A DNA stretch of 64,000 bases. Origin: an uncultured delta proteobacterium. Lineage in GTDB: Bacteria; Myxococcota; Kuafuiibacteriia; Kuafuiibacteriales; Kuafuiibacteriaceae. This document shows, piece after piece, positions 61,487-64,000 of the stretch. Location of the stretch: positions 192,001 through 256,000 of the forward strand of contig CAWDML010000007.1 in assembly GCA_963803435.1 (NCBI GenBank), read 5' to 3'. How positions within the stretch are numbered: the stretch's first letter is position 1; each line of letters starts with the position of its first letter. Both the position numbers and the translations under genes were made by a program. The notes under the pieces were generated by a model, which saw only the letters and a list, made by a program, of their open reading frames with translations, did not search any database and was not told the origin of the DNA.

Positions 61487-62470
61487 ATGCGGAGACGATC
61501 CACCCTGCGCATGCAGGCCGGTTCCAAGGCGGTCGAGGGCTTCTTCTGGGGCCTCTCCAAGGCGGGTCTCATGCACCCCCTGGCCAAGCCCGAGCGCCAC
61601 GGGGTCGAGGTCATCCGGGACGTGGCCTATCGCGACACAGGGATGACCGAGCACCGCCTCGACGTCTACCGGCCGGCGAACGCCGATGGGCCCCTCCCGA
61701 TCTGCCTCTACGTGCACGGCGGTGGGTTCCGCATCCTCTCCAAGGACTCCCACTGGATCATGGGCCTGATCTTCGCGCGCCGCGGCTATCTGGTCTTCAA
61801 CGTCAACTATCGCCTGGCGCCGAGATATCCGTTCCCCCACGCGATCGAGGACGTCTGCTCGGCGTACGAGTGGGTGCTCGATCATGCGGAGGACTGGGGA
61901 GGCGATCCGTCTCGGCTGGTGTTCGCAGGAGAGTCGGCCGGCGCCAACCTGGTCACCGCGCTCACGGTCGGCCTCTGCTATCCGAGACCGGAGCCGTTCA
62001 CGCAGCAGGTGCGAGCGCGCGGTGTGCTCCCGAAGGCGGTGGTACCCGCCTGCGGTATCTTCGAGGTTTCGAACCCGGAGCGCTTCGAGCGGAAGGTGTC
62101 ACGGTTCGTGCTCGATCGTCTGTCCGAGGTGACGCACGCCTATCTTCCGGAGGACGTCCCCATCGAGTCACGCGACCTCGCCGATCTCCTCCACCTCTTC
62201 GAGCGGGAGGAGCGACCGGAGCGACCGCTGCCGCCGTTCTTCGTCCCTTGTGGGGCGCTGGATCCGCTGCACGACGACACGCTGCGCCTGGGGCGGGCGC
62301 TCCGGACGATCGGCGCCAGCTGCGAGACACGCCTCTACGAGCGCGGCCATCACGCCTTCCACGCCTTCGTGCTCTTTCCCAACGCGCGGCGCTGCTGGGA
62401 GGACACGTTCGAGTTTCTGGGCCGTCACATCACAGGACAGGTGACCCCGGTGCCGCCCAGACCGCAGTAA
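61487..62470 (+). CDS. Alpha/beta hydrolase (HSL-family esterase)
   Basis: HGGGF, NYRLAP, GESAG, DPL and HAFH. The start is approximate. Confidence 0.9.
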   Translation: MRRRSTLRMQAGSKAVEGFFWGLSKAGLMHPLAKPERHGVEVIRDVAYRDTGMTEHRLDVYRPANADGPLPICLYVHGGGFRILSKDSHWIMGLIFARRGYLVFNVNYRLAPRYPFPHAIEDVCSAYEWVLDHAEDWGGDPSRLVFAGESAGANLVTALTVGLCYPRPEPFTQQVRARGVLPKAVVPACGIFEVSNPERFERKVSRFVLDRLSEVTHAYLPEDVPIESRDLADLLHLFEREERPERPLPPFFVPCGALDPLHDDTLRLGRALRTIGASCETRLYERGHHAFHAFVLFPNARRCWEDTFEFLGRHITGQVTPVPPRPQ

Positions 62471-63069
62471 CCGTGCGGGTTCTTCGACAGGTACTGCTGA
62501 TGATAATCCTCGGCGTAGTAGAACTCGGGCGCCGCGATGATCTCGGTGCTGATCGGCGCCTTGCCGCTCCGGCGTAGCGCTTCCTGGTACCGATCGCGGG
62601 AGGCGAGCGCCTCGCGCAGCTGCTCGTCGCCGTAGCAGTAGATGCCGGACCGATACTGCGTCCCGACGTCGTTCCCCTGGCGCATGCCCTGGGTGGGATC
62701 GTGGCTCTCCCAGAACAGCTTGAGCAGCGCGCCGTACGAGGTCACCGCAGGATCGAACACCACGCGCACCACCTCGGCGTGTCCGGTTCGACCCGAGCAG
62801 ACCTCCTCGTACGTCGGGTTCGGCGTGTAGCCGGCGGCGTATCCGACCTGCGTGCTGAACACACCGGGCGCCTGCCACATCTTCCGCTCGGCGCCCCAGA
62901 AGCACCCCATGCCGAACATCGCCAGGCGCATCATGGGCGGCCAGGGCGGCACCGTCGCGTGGCCGTTCACGTGGTGGACGGAGCTGACCCGGATCGGCTG
63001 TGAACGGCCCGGCAGGGCGTCCTCCTGCGCGGGCATTTTGGCCTTTCTGCCGAACATCTCGAAGATCAC
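62425..63069 (-). CDS. msrA: Peptide methionine sulfoxide reductase A
   Basis: [22 protein letters not shown] and AEDYHQQY. Start is GTG 63069 or ATG 63057. Confidence 0.95.
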   Translation of the reverse strand: MIFEMFGRKAKMPAQEDALPGRSQPIRVSSVHHVNGHATVPPWPPMMRLAMFGMGCFWGAERKMWQAPGVFSTQVGYAAGYTPNPTYEEVCSGRTGHAEVVRVVFDPAVTSYGALLKLFWESHDPTQGMRQGNDVGTQYRSGIYCYGDEQLREALASRDRYQEALRRSGKAPISTEIIAAPEFYYAEDYHQQYLSKNPHGYCGLGGTGVTCPVM

Positions 63070-63169
63070 GCCTCCATCGTACACCGGGGCGTTCCTCAAG
63101 TTACGAGGCTTCCGGTCGATCTCCGGAGGGAACCACCCGTGCTGCTCTCGCAATCGGCTGGCCCGGACC

Positions 63170-63439
63170 CACATGCCGGGGGTGGTCCACGGGGGGACGG
63201 GCACCGCAGGAGATCGTCGCGCTGGCGCTGCACACCTGGTCCCCGCGCGCGCAGGGTCCCTTCGTCGCGGGGAACTGTGCGGGCATCCCGGAGCAGCTCC
63301 TCGAGAGCGAGCTCTTCGGCTGCGAAGAGGGCGCCTACTCCGGCGCCACCCGCGCCCGGCCCGGCCTGGTGGAGGCCGCGCACGGCGGTGTGCTCTTCCT
63401 CGACGAGATCGGAGAGCTGCCCCCCTCGGCGCAAGCTAA
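63170..63439 (+). pseudogene. Fragment of a sigma-54 activator AAA+ domain
   Basis: Degenerate Walker A, then [36 protein letters not shown]...[15 protein letters not shown], cut off at the element end. Confidence 0.8.
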
Positions 63440-63511
63440 GAGCCGGTCCTAAAACCGTTCCGTTCGCAGCTTGCTGTTTCGTCGTTCTGTCATTCGCTGT
63501 TCGATCCGGCG
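63436..63511 (+). mobile_element. IS-like element end with TTCG/CTGTT-rich short repeats before a four-helix-bundle gene
   Basis: Starts CTAA-GAGCCGGTCC exactly where the sigma-54 fragment breaks; 43/46 match to the reverse complement of 9166-9211. Confidence 0.75.
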
Positions 63512-63703
63512 ATGAAGGGCGATGACATCGCAGAACGACTGCTCAAGTTTGCGAAGCGTGTACTTCGGCTGTGTCGCGAACTCGCGAAGGACTTCGCCGG
63601 CAAGCATGTCGCTCGGCAGCTCATCCGATGCGCTTCTGGTGGTGGTTCCCGTTCTGCCTATGACCGTGAGACACCGGGACCCCACGAAGTTTGTGTGAGC
63701 TGA
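63512..63703 (+). pseudogene. Four-helix-bundle protein, truncated after codon 46
   Basis: MKGDDIAERLLKFAKRVLRLC...HVARQLIRCASGGGS matches the family N-terminus. The expected NYEEA continuation is replaced by unrelated sequence after 63649. Confidence 0.8.
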
Positions 63704-64000
63704 CCGGAGCCGAGCCCCCCGGCCCGGTGCTCGACGCGCTGGTGAAGTGGAGCTCTGGGATAGCCGGGCAATCAATCAGCGCACGATGGCCGAGTGGCCG
63801 GTCGAGGCGGGCTGGACCGAGCAGGGCGCGAGCTGTCTCGCGTCGGCCCTCCCATCTCGTCCGCGATGCCGAGCTGTCTCAACGTCCTCGAGCGCCGCAG
63901 CTGCGACACCCATGGTTGGGACATCATGAACAGCTTCCCGCCCCGCTGAGCAGCGCGGCATGAGCCTCTAGCCTGCTCCCCCGCCCTCGTGGTTAGCTCC

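Overview
High-GC bacterial DNA. The gene content (sigma-54 two-component system, Ser/Thr kinases, Cys-rich lipoproteins, alternative complex III) suggests Myxococcota; this is an inference. The window contains an NtrC-type two-component cluster, an aryl-polyene-like lipid cluster with no ketosynthase, a multi-PG-binding peptidase, two Ser/Thr kinases and a porin/MauG-like/cupredoxin/cytochrome c operon. It also holds an S1 paralog, a thioester alpha-2-macroglobulin, a DUF1549/DUF1553 plus DUF1501 pair, glycosyltransferases, a complete actA-G/sco/coxBACD respiratory operon, an amidase, a hydrolase, an AstE/RimK pair, a multiheme cytochrome and msrA. The most unusual signals are non-coding. (1) Small IS-like elements carry four-helix-bundle (IVP/bAvd-like) genes: one complete element at 27192-28446 has about 65-bp inverted repeats and a CTAG duplication, and a second type of element end occurs twice (9166-9211 and 63436-63481). 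(2) A group II intron 5' remnant starts exactly at one of those ends. (3) A 5-kb insertion is bounded by a 31-bp direct repeat. (4) Sigma-54 and sigma-70 promoters are positioned to give near-leaderless mRNAs. Several single-base frameshifts look like sequencing errors. No rRNA, tRNA or CRISPR array was seen.
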